Shown here piece after piece: positions 1-11,008 of a stretch of DNA of 64,000 bases. The position numbers and the translations under genes are program-made. The stretch's first letter is position 1. The number at the start of each line of letters is the position of its first letter. Below the pieces are notes generated by a model. The model had not been told where the DNA came from, ran no database searches, and saw nothing but the letters and a program-made list of their open reading frames with translations. The stretch is from Pachysolen tannophilus NRRL Y-2460 (lineage: Eukaryota), in the NCBI GenBank assembly GCA_001661245.1, contig KV454011.1, forward strand, positions 62,001 through 126,000, in the 5' to 3' direction.

Positions 1-638
1 GAATATTTGTTGGACAATAAATTGAATTTGCAGAAGTTCTTGCAGAAGTTAAAGATGATCTTGATTTAGGGAAATTTTTTAATGCAAAATAAATTTTTGA
101 TTCTAATAATTGAACTTCAACTAATGATGATTTATCATCTAATTTTTTAAATTCTCTTATTAATGAATGAATTAATTCTAATGCTTGATTATAAAAATTT
201 TTTCATAATATAATGAAGCTAATCTTAATTGTAAAGATTGCCTTAAAAAAGATCTTTTTCCTTTTTTGCCCAATCAATTGATTCTTCAGTAACTTGTATA
301 GTTAAATCAATAGAATTTTCAGGTAATGTCTTAAATAAATCAATTAAAGATTTTATAATTTTTGCAGTTTTAGATTTAGCAAATGATGATCCCATTAAAA
401 CACGAACTTTTGGTAACAATGAAACCAAATTTTCAACTTTATTATGAGAACTATATAATTCACCTAATTCTAAGATAGCAGCTTCTTGAATTTGTATTAA
501 TTTTTCATTGGCGCTTGTATTACGACTTGTATTTGTATTTGAAATTGTTGATAATATTTCAAGATAAACTTGTTCGGCCTTGCCCAAATCATTCGACTTG
601 ACGGCTTCTCTTGCCTCCTCTATTGATGGAATTGACAT
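1..638 (-). CDS. RPN6: 26S proteasome lid subunit Rpn6; runs off the window edge and has two apparent 1-nt deletions in A runs
   Basis: The ORF contains [12 protein letters not shown] and [15 protein letters not shown]. Restoring one A at each of 255-259 and 198-203 continues it as [85 protein letters not shown], which is typical Rpn6. Confidence 0.93.
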
Positions 639-763
639 GACCTAAACACCCAACACACCTTATTCTTCTTTCTTTTCTTTCTGATCTTTAATTCAAATAT
701 ATATATAATTAGTTAAATATATATATAATTGATTAACCGCCGTTTAAACCAACTTATTTTAGT

Positions 764-772
764 GGTGGCAAC
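764..772 (+). promoter_or_regulatory. Rpn4/PACE-like element GGTGGCAAC upstream of RPN6
   Basis: One mismatch to PACE (GGTGGCAAA), about 130 bp upstream of a proteasome gene; a matching site lies upstream of RPT5. Confidence 0.7.
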
Positions 773-918
773 TTTGATGAGAAAGAGAAAGAGAAAGAGA
801 GAAAAAGAATTCTCAAAAAATTCCCTTTTTAGGAATATGGTACAAATCTACACTACCCCACTTTTTACCCATAATAATTTTTTATTATAATAATAATGAT
901 TATTAACTATATACAAAT

Positions 919-1248
919 TCAATGAACATCTCTTATTGTATCACTAGAGTACATTTCAAACCTTCTATGACCTACTCTTAATAGGTGTTCAACTGTAGCA
1001 AATTCCTTTTTGGGGAGTTTTCTGTATTTTGCAAATTCTGAGTGAACATAATTTACCCAATGGTTTCTATTCTCCTAAATAATTAAAAGTTAGTATATAA
1101 AAAAAAAAAAACTGTAAATTTTTTTTTCAATTTCTAAATAAATGCTATTTTTTTGTTATTGTCTTACTTTTGGCTTTTTGTATGCTGACCGAATGCATTC
1201 TCTATAAAGTGCAATGACTTCTTTCTGTAAACCAGATAATCTAGCCAT
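919..1248 (-). CDS. SDH6: Succinate dehydrogenase assembly factor 1 (LYR protein), 78 aa; exons 1248-1168 and 1074-919
   Basis: The spliced product is MARLSGLQKEVIALYRECIRSAYKKPK|ENRNHWVNYVHSEFAKYRKLPKKEFATVEHLLRVGHRRFEMYSSDTIRDVH*. The intron (1167-1075) has a GTAAGA donor, TACTAAC at 1095-1089 and a TAG acceptor. Not in the ORF track. Confidence 0.93.
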
Positions 1249-1393
1249 TCTTGAATGTTAGCTATTCAATTAAAGTATTGAAAAGGTAATTTTAAAGAAA
1301 AAAAAAAATCTTTAAAATTGAAATCAAATAAATTGCTACTTTAATTCGAAATCGAAACCGGGACATAAAGGACAAACAAAGACAAACATAGAA

Positions 1394-1453
1394 GTTACAC
1401 GTCGTTACACGTAACACATTTAGGGGCTGTATCGAATCAGGGCTGTATCGAAT
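1394..1453 (+). repeat. Paired short direct repeats in the SDH6/MAE1 divergent intergenic region
   Basis: GTTACACGT at 1394-1402 and 1404-1412; GGGCTGTATCGAAT at 1424-1437 and 1440-1453. Confidence 0.8.
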
Positions 1454-1802
1454 TTCATTCTTTTTATCAAAAATTTTTTTTGAATCTTATATAAAGAGCG
1501 GCTGAAACCGCTCTTGAATAATTCCTATCTTTTATATATATTGATTGACCAGTAATATCTCATCTAACCAGTGTTAGATAATCGTAATTATATTTAAAAA
1601 AACACCGTAATGCGTTATTTTATTATTTTTTCTTATTTCACATATGCTTTAAAATAATATATTAATCTTTCCGTATTACGTTCCTTTTTATTAATTTTCT
1701 TTTCTTTTTGATTGCGGTTCCGGGTCAAAAAGTATTAGATGGAACAATGGAACAATGGATCACTGGAAAACTGGAAAACTGGAACACTTAAACAATATAG
1801 TT

Positions 1803-1860
1803 TACACTACTTGGTATACTACTTGGTACACTATTTCGGTACACTATTTCGGTACACTAC
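1803..1860 (+). repeat. 12-13 bp minisatellite, about 4.6 units
   Basis: TACACTACTTGG, TATACTACTTGG, TACACTATTTCGG x2, TACACTAC; preceded by 8-mer GGAACAAT/CTGGAAAA repeats at about 1741-1787. Confidence 0.8.
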
Positions 1861-2526
1861 CCCCCCCCCTTGAGTCCGGTAGTTTAACTATCAATATAAT
1901 AATAGTAGTAGTATTTACAAAAAATATACATAACCTTTTTCTTTATTGCTTTCTCCATCCTATAGCAGACATTGAATGGAAATGAAGATTTTGCTTCTAC
2001 TCGATATACAGTTTTCTTCTTTTTTTTTTTTTTCGTGTTTTTGCAAACAACTGATGTTCATTTTCTTAAGTAAAATATTCGGAGTTTTTTTTTCTTTGTT
2101 CCTATCTATCTATTATGCTGGTCGTGTGCGCGCTGGCCAAACTGTTTTATCCGAGAGCCCGTAAAGTTACGGGTTGTGTTAAAGAACGCATGTTGCCAAA
2201 TCAGGAAATTATGCATGCAGTCGATAAACGGGTTTTGTGATATATATAAGAAACCAGATATCTTTGAAGTTGAAGTTGATGTTGAAGTTGAAGTTGAATA
2301 ATTTCAATAAGTTTTCTTGAATTAAAAGTTAAGTCTATAATAAATTCTGTGAGTCTTTTTTTCTTTTTTTTTTAAAATTTTCTAAACAATTGCTATTCTA
2401 TTAGTTTAAATAATTGAACAAATTTGGAAAACAAAAAAAAAAAAAAAGTTTAAATCAAAAGTATTAAAGTTTTGCATTTTTTTTTCAAGTTTAGTACCCA
2501 AAGTTTAATCCAATTGATTTTCCATA

Positions 2527-4383
2527 ATGACTCAACATACAGAAAAGGAAGCAGGTTATGAGTATCAAACAATTAAAATTCCTATTGGAAAACAACTGAT
2601 TTATGAATCTCAACATAGGAAACCAAAGACAACAAGATTATCTGTGGAAGGTCCTGTTGAATGTCCCTTGACAAGTTTTCAACTTTTAAATTCAGCCTTA
2701 TTTAATAAAGGATCTGCATTTACTTTAGAAGAAAGGGAACTGTTTGAATTAACAGGATTATTACCTTCAGGGGTTAATACTTTAGATGAACAAGTGGATA
2801 GAGCTTATAAACAATTGTGTTATTTGAAAACTCCATTGGCTAAAAATGATTTTTGTGTATCAATGAGAGTACAAAATAAAGTTTTATTTTATGAATTAGT
2901 TAGAAGACATATTAGAGAATTATTACCAATTATTTATACTCCAACAGAAGGTGATGCAATTGCTGCATATTCTCATAGATTTAGGAAACCAGAAGGTTGC
3001 TTTTTAGATATAACTGATTTTGATTCTGTAAGTAAAAGATTATCAAGATTTGGTGAAGATAAAGATATTGATTATATCGTTGTTAGTGATGGTGAAGGTA
3101 TATTAGGTATTGGTGATCAAGGTGTTGGTGGTGTTAGAATTGCTATTTCTAAATTAGCATTGATGACTTTATGTGGTGGTATACATCCAGGAAGAGTTAT
3201 TCCTGTTTGTATTGATTCAGGTACAAATAATGAAAAATTATTAAATGATGATTTATATATGGGTAATAAATTCCCAAGAGTTAGAGGTGAAAAATATGAT
3301 AAATTTGTTGAAAAATTCATCTTGACAGTAAAAGAAAGATATCCAAATGCAATCGTTCATTTTGAAGATTTTGGTGTCACCACAGCAAGACCAATCTTAT
3401 TTAAATATAGAAATGTTATTCCTTGTTTTAATGATGATATTCAAGGAACAGGAGCTGTTGTAATGGCTTCAATGACTGCTGCATTAAAAATTTGTAAAAA
3501 AAATTTATTAGATTCTCAAATTGTTATTTATGGTGCTGGATCTGCAGGTTTAGGTATTGCTGATCAAATTGTAAATCATATGGTTGCTCATGGTTCAACA
3601 GAAGAAAATGCTAGATCAAGAATTCATTGTCTTGACCGTTATGGTTTAATCACAGAATCAATGGGTGATGTATGTTATCCAGATCAATTGAAATATGCTG
3701 ATAAAGATGAAGATTGGGAAGGTGTTAATAAGAAATCCTTATTAGAAGTTATTAGAAAAATTAAACCAACTTCATTAATTGGTTGCTCTACACAAGCAGG
3801 TGCTTTCACAGAAGAAATTGTTAAAGAAATGTACAAACATAACCCAAGACCAATCATTTTCCCATTATCTAATCCAACAAGATTACATGAAGCTATACCA
3901 GAAGATGTTATGGCTTGGACCGATAATAATGCTTTAATAGCTACAGGATCTCCTTTTAAACCTGTTGATGGATTTGTTATTTCAGAAAATAATAATTGTT
4001 TTACATTCCCAGGTATTGGATTGGGTGCACTTTTAGCTCGTGCTTCTTTAATTTCAGATACAATGATTTCAGCTGGTGTTGATCAATTGGCTTCATTATC
4101 TCCTGCTTTAACTACTGGAGATTCAAAAGCTGGATTATTACCAAGATTAGAAGATATTAACGAAGTATCTGCACAAGTTGCTACAGCAATTATTCTTCAA
4201 GCAATCAATGAAAATGTTGCTAGAGTTGAAAAAGAACCTTCACCTTCTGGTCATGGATATGTTAAAGTCCCAAGAGATTTCGAAGGTTGTCTTAAATGGG
4301 TTAAATCACAAATGTGGAAACCACTATACAGACCATTGATTAAAGTTCAACACGTTCCAGAAATTCATACTCATCAATGTTAA
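2527..4383 (+). CDS. MAE1: Malic enzyme
   Basis: Motifs LPIIYTPTEGDAI, DGEGILGIGDQG, FNDDIQGTG, GAGSAG and PLSNPT; colinear with yeast Mae1. Confidence 0.96.
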   Translation: MTQHTEKEAGYEYQTIKIPIGKQLIYESQHRKPKTTRLSVEGPVECPLTSFQLLNSALFNKGSAFTLEERELFELTGLLPSGVNTLDEQVDRAYKQLCYLKTPLAKNDFCVSMRVQNKVLFYELVRRHIRELLPIIYTPTEGDAIAAYSHRFRKPEGCFLDITDFDSVSKRLSRFGEDKDIDYIVVSDGEGILGIGDQGVGGVRIAISKLALMTLCGGIHPGRVIPVCIDSGTNNEKLLNDDLYMGNKFPRVRGEKYDKFVEKFILTVKERYPNAIVHFEDFGVTTARPILFKYRNVIPCFNDDIQGTGAVVMASMTAALKICKKNLLDSQIVIYGAGSAGLGIADQIVNHMVAHGSTEENARSRIHCLDRYGLITESMGDVCYPDQLKYADKDEDWEGVNKKSLLEVIRKIKPTSLIGCSTQAGAFTEEIVKEMYKHNPRPIIFPLSNPTRLHEAIPEDVMAWTDNNALIATGSPFKPVDGFVISENNNCFTFPGIGLGALLARASLISDTMISAGVDQLASLSPALTTGDSKAGLLPRLEDINEVSAQVATAIILQAINENVARVEKEPSPSGHGYVKVPRDFEGCLKWVKSQMWKPLYRPLIKVQHVPEIHTHQC

Positions 4384-4582
4384 ATCTTTTCAAAATTTTT
4401 AAACCCTCTCTTACATTACTTTTCCATTTCTTTAAATTTTTACCTAATATTCTTTTATTCTTTTTTTTTTAAAAAAAAAAACTTACTTATCAAACTGGAT
4501 TTTTGCAACTTTATAATATAATATTCATTGAGCGCATCATATAAAAATTTAAATATCATGTAATCGTATCTATCTATACATT

Positions 4583-5485
4583 TTAAAAAGGTGGAAATTT
4601 TTCAAACATTTCAGTTACACTTTTCTCAAGTTTTGACTTATCGATTAAAATCAAACTTAATTTAGGCTCAATACCATAATCATTAAATACTCTTCTAGAA
4701 TCTGATTCCCGTGTCTTGTGAGTGTATGGGAAATATGAATGATAATTTGAATTATCTTCCAAGATTGAATCTTCATAGTGGAAATAATCCATTTCTGTTT
4801 GGTTCGAAACATCTGATGATTTCTTGGATCTCTTTGATTTACGCCCATTATCATTTTCATCTTCTTCATCTTCAGGATTTTGAGGTGAAACCAACTGATA
4901 AACTTTTGTTATTACTAAAAAATATTTTAAATCTTTATAATCGTCTTCCTTAGCAGACTCTTCCAATAACATTTTATACATTGGAGGTACAGTTTCAACA
5001 GGCATATTAATTAAACGTTCACTTATAATTAACCCTGTTTGAATTTTCTTTGAATCATTTGATAATAATAATTTCCTCAACATCAAGTTAAACTCTGTCT
5101 TCTTAGAAGTCTTAGATATAACATAATCAACAATTTTCTTTAAAAACTTGTTATCATTCTTGTTACCTTCTGAAAGCTCTTTGGTTAAATTTAAAACAGA
5201 TAATACCGAAAATGGATCACTTTGCTCACCATCTGTCTTCACAGTTGTACCAATATTATTATTTAATATCAAATCTGTTAAACTAGACAAGTCAAATTCT
5301 TTGGAATCTTCTCCAAATAATTGTCTGAGCAAGTTCTTAATTGAATGGAAATCAATATCTGGATTCAAATTGAAATAGTCAAAATCAACATTAACAATTT
5401 CTTCATTTTCTTCCTCTTCATCTGAAGAACTAACATCAATATCTGAATCTGAAGATACTTGTTCTTCTACCTTTCTCTTAGCCAT
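4583..5485 (-). CDS. BCP1: Bcp1 (BCCIP family), 60S biogenesis / Mss4 export factor
   Basis: VNVDFDYF...[34 protein letters not shown]. Confidence 0.93.
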   Translation of the reverse strand: MAKRKVEEQVSSDSDIDVSSSDEEEENEEIVNVDFDYFNLNPDIDFHSIKNLLRQLFGEDSKEFDLSSLTDLILNNNIGTTVKTDGEQSDPFSVLSVLNLTKELSEGNKNDNKFLKKIVDYVISKTSKKTEFNLMLRKLLLSNDSKKIQTGLIISERLINMPVETVPPMYKMLLEESAKEDDYKDLKYFLVITKVYQLVSPQNPEDEEDENDNGRKSKRSKKSSDVSNQTEMDYFHYEDSILEDNSNYHSYFPYTHKTRESDSRRVFNDYGIEPKLSLILIDKSKLEKSVTEMFEKFPPF

Positions 5486-5574
5486 GATCTTAAAGCTTTA
5501 ATTTAGTTCCAATAGTATATAATTATTGTTATTACTGTTATGAAGTTTTGAAACTTTTGAAACTTTTCACTTTT

Positions 5575-5610
5575 AAAAATTTTTTTTTCTCTTTTTTAAT
5601 ATGAGATGAG
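5575..5610. promoter_or_regulatory. RRPE-like (AAAAATTTTT) and PAC-like (GAGATGAG) motifs in the BCP1/CDC40 divergent promoter
   Basis: GAGATGAG at 5603-5610 and an A5T5 tract at 5575-5584, upstream of a ribosome-biogenesis gene. Confidence 0.45.
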
Positions 5611-5681
5611 ATACATTTTATATAAATATTGGTATAAATATAGGTACAATAGATAACATCATCAATTACAAAGTGATAATA

Positions 5682-7328
5682 ATGTCTTTGATAAAAGGGT
5701 ATGGTTCAAGTGAGAGTGAAGATGAAGGTGATAAGATTTTAAATGGGCAGTTAGCTATTAATCCTAAACCAAACGTGGATGTACGAAAGTTGGGCAGTAA
5801 TGGCGATAACGATAAAGGTAATAATGACAACGGTGCCAAAAAGACACTTTCAGGGTATGTTCAAAAGGAATCATTCGATAATGCTACTTTCCAGATCCAA
5901 AAGAGAACTTTTGATATGCTAGGGTATACAGAGGATCCCACCATAGCTTCTGATGATGATGGGGTGAAAATTGTAGGTGATTTATCGACTGCTACAAAAT
6001 TTAACAATCAAGATATAACAATGTTGACCAATTCTAAAAAAGACTCTAAAATTTTGAAAAAAAGAAGAAAGAATAAAGGAACTTTAGGTATTGTTGGTGG
6101 GAAAAACTCATACAAAGGACCATGGGCAGAGTATAATAGTAATAGCAGCAGTGGTGGTGGTAGTGGTAGTAGTGGCGATAGTGACGAAGGTAATGATAGC
6201 GAAACAACGCCTATAACGCCGGATAGAGCTACTTTATTATTACCGGAGAACGATCAATACGCCTTGCGTAAGCAGGATGAAGAAACTACAGAGTTCTTTG
6301 GACCAGGAGGTGAGCTTGATTATCAAGGTAGAACTTATATGCATATTCCACCAACTTTATCCAAAGAAGAGCCTGGTTCAAAAGAATGCTTTGTTCCAAA
6401 GAAATTAATACATACTTGGGATGGGCATCATGGTGGTACCAATAAGTTACAATTTTTTCCAAGGTCTGGACATTTATTGCTTTCTTGTGGTAATGATAGT
6501 AAAATATTATTATACGATGCCTTCCGTGATAGTAATAATAAAGGATATCCTCTATTGAGAGGATTTTTTGGACATTCCAAACTGGTTAAAGATATTAATT
6601 TCAATTATAGTGGTGATAAATTCTTAAGTTGCTCATATGACAGGACTATTAAGCAGTGGGATACAGAAACAGGGAAATGCATATCCAGAATTAAATTGAA
6701 TTCTTTACCCAATGTCATCAAGTATAATCCACTTGAGTCTTTGCAAACTGAATTCTTGGTTGGTTTAACAAACAAGAAAATTGAGCAATATGATTTGAGA
6801 TCGAACGAAGTGATTCAAACTTATGACCACCATTTGGGTGCCATCAACTCTATTACTTTTCTTGAGGATAATAGAAGGTTTTTAACTTCCTCGGACGATA
6901 AAAGTTTAAAAGTTTGGAATTGGCAAATAAATATTCCAATTAAGCTGATTGCTCATCCTGCTCAACACTCGATGCCATGTGTTAAATTACATCCTTCCAG
7001 AAAATATTTTGCTGCTCAAAGCATGGATAATACTATATTAACATTTAATGCTTACAAACATAAAAATTACAAGAAAAACAAAAAGAAACTCTTTATAGGT
7101 CATAATTCTGCCGGATATGGTATTGATTTGAATTTCTCATATGATGGGAAGATATTGATGAGTGGAGATAATAATGGGTATGCTTTCTTTTGGGATTGGA
7201 AAACTTGTAAATTGATCAAGAAGTTGAAAATTGACGATAAATTGATAAATTGTATTGAACCTAATCCTCAAGAAGTTAGTAGAGTTGCAATAAGCGGTTT
7301 AAGTGGTAAAATTTATTATTACGAGTGA
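5682..7328 (+). CDS. CDC40: WD40 pre-mRNA splicing factor Prp17/Cdc40
   Basis: ELDYQGRTYMH, FVPKKLIHTWDGH, QTYDHHLGAIN, QHSMP, AQSMDN. The first ATG is at 5682 (the track starts at a GTG). Confidence 0.93.
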   Translation: MSLIKGYGSSESEDEGDKILNGQLAINPKPNVDVRKLGSNGDNDKGNNDNGAKKTLSGYVQKESFDNATFQIQKRTFDMLGYTEDPTIASDDDGVKIVGDLSTATKFNNQDITMLTNSKKDSKILKKRRKNKGTLGIVGGKNSYKGPWAEYNSNSSSGGGSGSSGDSDEGNDSETTPITPDRATLLLPENDQYALRKQDEETTEFFGPGGELDYQGRTYMHIPPTLSKEEPGSKECFVPKKLIHTWDGHHGGTNKLQFFPRSGHLLLSCGNDSKILLYDAFRDSNNKGYPLLRGFFGHSKLVKDINFNYSGDKFLSCSYDRTIKQWDTETGKCISRIKLNSLPNVIKYNPLESLQTEFLVGLTNKKIEQYDLRSNEVIQTYDHHLGAINSITFLEDNRRFLTSSDDKSLKVWNWQINIPIKLIAHPAQHSMPCVKLHPSRKYFAAQSMDNTILTFNAYKHKNYKKNKKKLFIGHNSAGYGIDLNFSYDGKILMSGDNNGYAFFWDWKTCKLIKKLKIDDKLINCIEPNPQEVSRVAISGLSGKIYYYE

Positions 7329-7496
7329 TAAATATATATATATATATATATATATCAAAAAGGAATTTTAGAAGCAAGGGAAGATAAGATAAAAAGTAAT
7401 TATTTATTTTTGAGCATTATGTAGAAAAAGAAGAAAAAAAAAAACAATCCCAATTTTCTTAAATACGAGTAATGATATCTTTTCTATTTGAAAAAT

Positions 7497-8771
7497 TTAA
7501 GCGTAGAATGATACAGATTTATTCTTTCTTGCTTGGACCTCTCCAATTGCTTCTACGAAATCTTCGTGTTTTATTGTGTTTTGACCATTTCTCAATGCAA
7601 TCATTCCAGCTTCAACTGTAACTGCTTTCAATTGAGCACCATTAAATTCATCAGTAGATCTTGCTAATTCTTGCCAATTTATTGCCTTTTCAGTATTCAT
7701 TTTTCTTGAATGAATTTGTAAAATTTGAGCTCTACCTTCTTCTGTCGGTAATGGGAATTCAATTTTTCTATCTAATCTTCCAGATCTTAATAATGCAGGA
7801 TCCAAAACATCAACTCTATTAGTAGCTGCCAAGACTTTAACTCTATCATCCGATCCAAAACCATCCAATTGATTTAACAATTCCAACATTGTTCTTTGAA
7901 CTTCTCTGTCTCCACTTTTATTTGAATCAAATCTTTTTGTTCCAATGGCGTCTAATTCATCTATAAAGATAATTGTTGGAGCCTTTTCCTTTGCTAATGC
8001 AAATGCATCTCTAACTAATTTTGCACCATCACCAATAAACATCTGCACCAATTGAGGAGCTGCTAATTTTAAGAAAGTTGCATTTGTTTGAGCAGCACAA
8101 GCTCTTGCTAATAAAGTTTTACCAGTACCCGGAGGTCCATACATCAAAGCACCTTTTGGTGGTTTAATACCTAAAGTAGTAAATTTATCAGCTTGTTGCA
8201 TTGGCAATACTACTGCTTCAACTAATTCCTCAATTTGTTTATCCAATCCACCAATATCAGAATATTCTTCAGTAGGTTTTTCATCAACTTCCATCAGTTT
8301 AACACGGGAATCATATTCTGCAGGTAATTTATCCAATACTAAATAACTATCTTTATTAACACCAACCAAATCATTTGGTCTCAAGTCATTAGGGTCAACT
8401 AATCCAACCAATGGTAAGAAAACAGTCTGTCTAGTTGAAGTCTTTACAACAGCAGATTTCCCAACTCTTGTTGAATCTAAATCAACATTTGCACCTTCTT
8501 CAGTTTGTTCAGCTTCTAAATCCAATAATTCTACTACATTAGCAACTAAATATGGTAACTGCTTATTATTCTCAATCTTATCAGTATTATCCTTAATCCG
8601 CTCTTGCATCACCGACCTCTCATGATTTAATCTTTGCAACTCAGATCTAAACAACTTGATTTCATTATCCAATAATTTTGTTCTATTAATAATATCATTA
8701 GTTGAAGAATTCAAAATTTCTTGATCAATTTCTGGTTCTGGCTCATTTTCCAATTCTTCTAACGTTGACAT
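7497..8771 (-). CDS. RPT5: 26S proteasome AAA-ATPase Rpt5
   Basis: MSTLEELE start, [32 protein letters not shown]-terminal SVSFYA (HbYX motif). ATG at 8771. Confidence 0.97.
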   Translation of the reverse strand: MSTLEELENEPEPEIDQEILNSSTNDIINRTKLLDNEIKLFRSELQRLNHERSVMQERIKDNTDKIENNKQLPYLVANVVELLDLEAEQTEEGANVDLDSTRVGKSAVVKTSTRQTVFLPLVGLVDPNDLRPNDLVGVNKDSYLVLDKLPAEYDSRVKLMEVDEKPTEEYSDIGGLDKQIEELVEAVVLPMQQADKFTTLGIKPPKGALMYGPPGTGKTLLARACAAQTNATFLKLAAPQLVQMFIGDGAKLVRDAFALAKEKAPTIIFIDELDAIGTKRFDSNKSGDREVQRTMLELLNQLDGFGSDDRVKVLAATNRVDVLDPALLRSGRLDRKIEFPLPTEEGRAQILQIHSRKMNTEKAINWQELARSTDEFNGAQLKAVTVEAGMIALRNGQNTIKHEDFVEAIGEVQARKNKSVSFYA

Positions 8772-8958
8772 CTTTACTACTATCCAAAACAAAAAAAAAT
8801 GAAAGCTCCCACTATAATTTCTCTACAATTATTAACTTTTTAAGCCGATTCCAGGATTCCAATCAATTAGTATAAATCAATTAAAATTCAATTAAAAATC
8901 AATTAAAACTAAATGGTTTTATTAAAAGAGGTTTTTACTATTTACTTGTTTGTTCAAC

Positions 8959-8967
8959 GTTGCCACT
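8959..8967 (-). promoter_or_regulatory. Rpn4/PACE-like element AGTGGCAAC upstream of RPT5
   Basis: Shares the GTGGCAAC core with the RPN6 site; about 190 bp upstream of the ATG. Confidence 0.7.
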
Positions 8968-9052
8968 TATACAAAATTTAGTCCAATGTTACACGACCAC
9001 TTTTATAAGCCAAAATTTCCAACAAAAGTTTTAACAAAAGTTGGAACTTGTT

Positions 9053-10771
9053 TCAACTTGTCCATTTGAAGTAGTTGCAACTGCCTTCTGGAGGTTGAAT
9101 GTTGGATTTTCTGTTGCAGCACCAGAACCTCTTCCCCTTTGTGAGTTTTTTGGTTGAGACTCTTAGCACACAGGGTTCATTATGGAGACATTTCGGAACT
9201 ACTTTGTTTTCGTCAACCACATTTTTAAAAGAATCCATATTGCAAGAATGAGAACTAGATGCTGATTGTGATTGTGAGGAAGATGATGATTGCAGTGGTG
9301 AGTTTGGAGTTTCCTCAATTGGGGACCGAGATGAGGTTTCCCGTAGTGTGGTGGGCTTGAAGAAATAATCAGATATCTTTTGTTGAGAATTAATGTCTGG
9401 TTTCCTTTTTTTATAAACAGGTCCTTGAGATACTTGTTCTTCCTGTGAATTACTAGTCTGAGAAGTTCCAGTATTCTGATCTAATTGTAGTGGTTGGTTA
9501 TTTTTTTTCCTGAAAAATCGATCTATATTTGTACCAACATTATAAAAATTTTTTACTTCAAATTTGAAATTTTTTAGTTTATAATAATCTTGATCCTCGG
9601 GTTTCCCAAACTTGTCATCTTTTATAAAATTCTTTATATAATCTTGTAATTGGAAATCACAATATATGGGACAATGATCACTCCCCATTAAATGAGGTAA
9701 AATATTACCATAAGAATTTTTAGCCAATTTTTCAGTTGCAAAAATATGATCTATTCTTGAACCTGAATTTATTGATCTATTATTTTTCAAAGTATTCCAA
9801 CAAGTATATAATTTTAACTTTCTTCCTTGTGATATCCTAATTGTATCATATAAAAATTTTTTATCAAGTTGTGAATTTGGTATAATAATACCATGTTCTT
9901 GACATAATTTTTCAAAATAATCATCTTTTATAATATCATTTATTAATTTCTTAGCTTGAGTAGATTCTCTAAATTTGAAAACTTGATCAAAATTAATATT
10001 TTCAAAAAAATCACCATTTTGTTTTCCATTTAAATTTTTTTGCAAAATACCTATTTTTAAACCTTCTCTTATAATTTCATCATTATCAATTAAATCTCTT
10101 GATACATTTATATCACCCATAACTATTACTTCTTTACCCATTGAAATCAAATTCTTACATCTTTCAATTAAACATTTCAAAAAATTCAACCTAAATAATT
10201 CTCCAGATTCAGTACCATTAGAATTTGCTGGACAATATAATGATATTATAACAATATTAAAATTAAGTTCCACTATAATACATCTTCCTTCATTATCCAA
10301 TGATACATCAAATCCTAAAGGATACCCACCTATACCATCAGGAGATTCTTTATAAGTGATTTCCCCACTACTTGGCACTTTTAAATTCCCAGTAAGTCCT
10401 TCTTCAACTTTTTTAATTATTAACAGTTTTTGAAAATTAATATCATCATTTTTTTGAGGTATTCTAATAAATAATCCAACACCACTATAACTCCTTTTTG
10501 ATTTACTTAAAGAAACAAAAGATTTAAACCCACTAGTAACTAAAACTTTATCAACATTACCAATCTTTAACTCTTGTAATGAAATAATATCCGCTTTTAA
10601 AAATTCAAATATACCTTCTAATCGATTACTATCCTTATCTAACTTTAACTTTAACTCATTCCATGGATGATAATTAAACAACGTATTCAACCCATTAATA
10701 TTAAAAGATGAAAACCTCAACGAACAACTACCTTCCAAAGGCTTATCTGGAACACCTCCATCTTCAACCAT
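9053..10771 (-). CDS. APN2: AP endonuclease 2 (ExoIII family) with PIP box and GRF zinc finger
   Basis: SFNING, DIISLQE, MGDINV, GSRIDH, GSDHCP; PIP-like QQKISDYFF; C-terminal CLHNEPC...GKRFWCC...CNYFKW. Confidence 0.94.
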   Translation of the reverse strand: MVEDGGVPDKPLEGSCSLRFSSFNINGLNTLFNYHPWNELKLKLDKDSNRLEGIFEFLKADIISLQELKIGNVDKVLVTSGFKSFVSLSKSKRSYSGVGLFIRIPQKNDDINFQKLLIIKKVEEGLTGNLKVPSSGEITYKESPDGIGGYPLGFDVSLDNEGRCIIVELNFNIVIISLYCPANSNGTESGELFRLNFLKCLIERCKNLISMGKEVIVMGDINVSRDLIDNDEIIREGLKIGILQKNLNGKQNGDFFENINFDQVFKFRESTQAKKLINDIIKDDYFEKLCQEHGIIIPNSQLDKKFLYDTIRISQGRKLKLYTCWNTLKNNRSINSGSRIDHIFATEKLAKNSYGNILPHLMGSDHCPIYCDFQLQDYIKNFIKDDKFGKPEDQDYYKLKNFKFEVKNFYNVGTNIDRFFRKKNNQPLQLDQNTGTSQTSNSQEEQVSQGPVYKKRKPDINSQQKISDYFFKPTTLRETSSRSPIEETPNSPLQSSSSSQSQSASSSHSCNMDSFKNVVDENKVVPKCLHNEPCVLRVSTKKLTKGKRFWCCNRKSNIQPPEGSCNYFKWTS

Positions 10772-11008
10772 TGAATCATATTTTCATCTCTTTTCAACAA
10801 GGATCAAAGCCTACTTTGGGAAAAAAAAAAAGGTGGAAAATTTTGCTGTATTTTATTTAAAAAATCAAAAATATAAACAAATCATTAAAAAGAATAAACA
10901 ATCAAATAAACAAGATAAACAAAATTAAATAAAATAAAAATTTTTTTTATATATTTATTTGATATTTGATTTGAATTGTTGGAGTGGGAACATATAGAAG
11001 GATCAAGT

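Noticed and set aside
1755..2164. Short ORFs 1755-1985 and 1976-2164
   Set aside because: They are products of minisatellites and poly-T tracts, with no recognisable protein features.
2349..2404. Possible 5'UTR intron of MAE1 (GTGAGT...TAG)
   Set aside because: No TACTAAC-like branch point, unlike the three clear introns; cannot be supported without transcripts.
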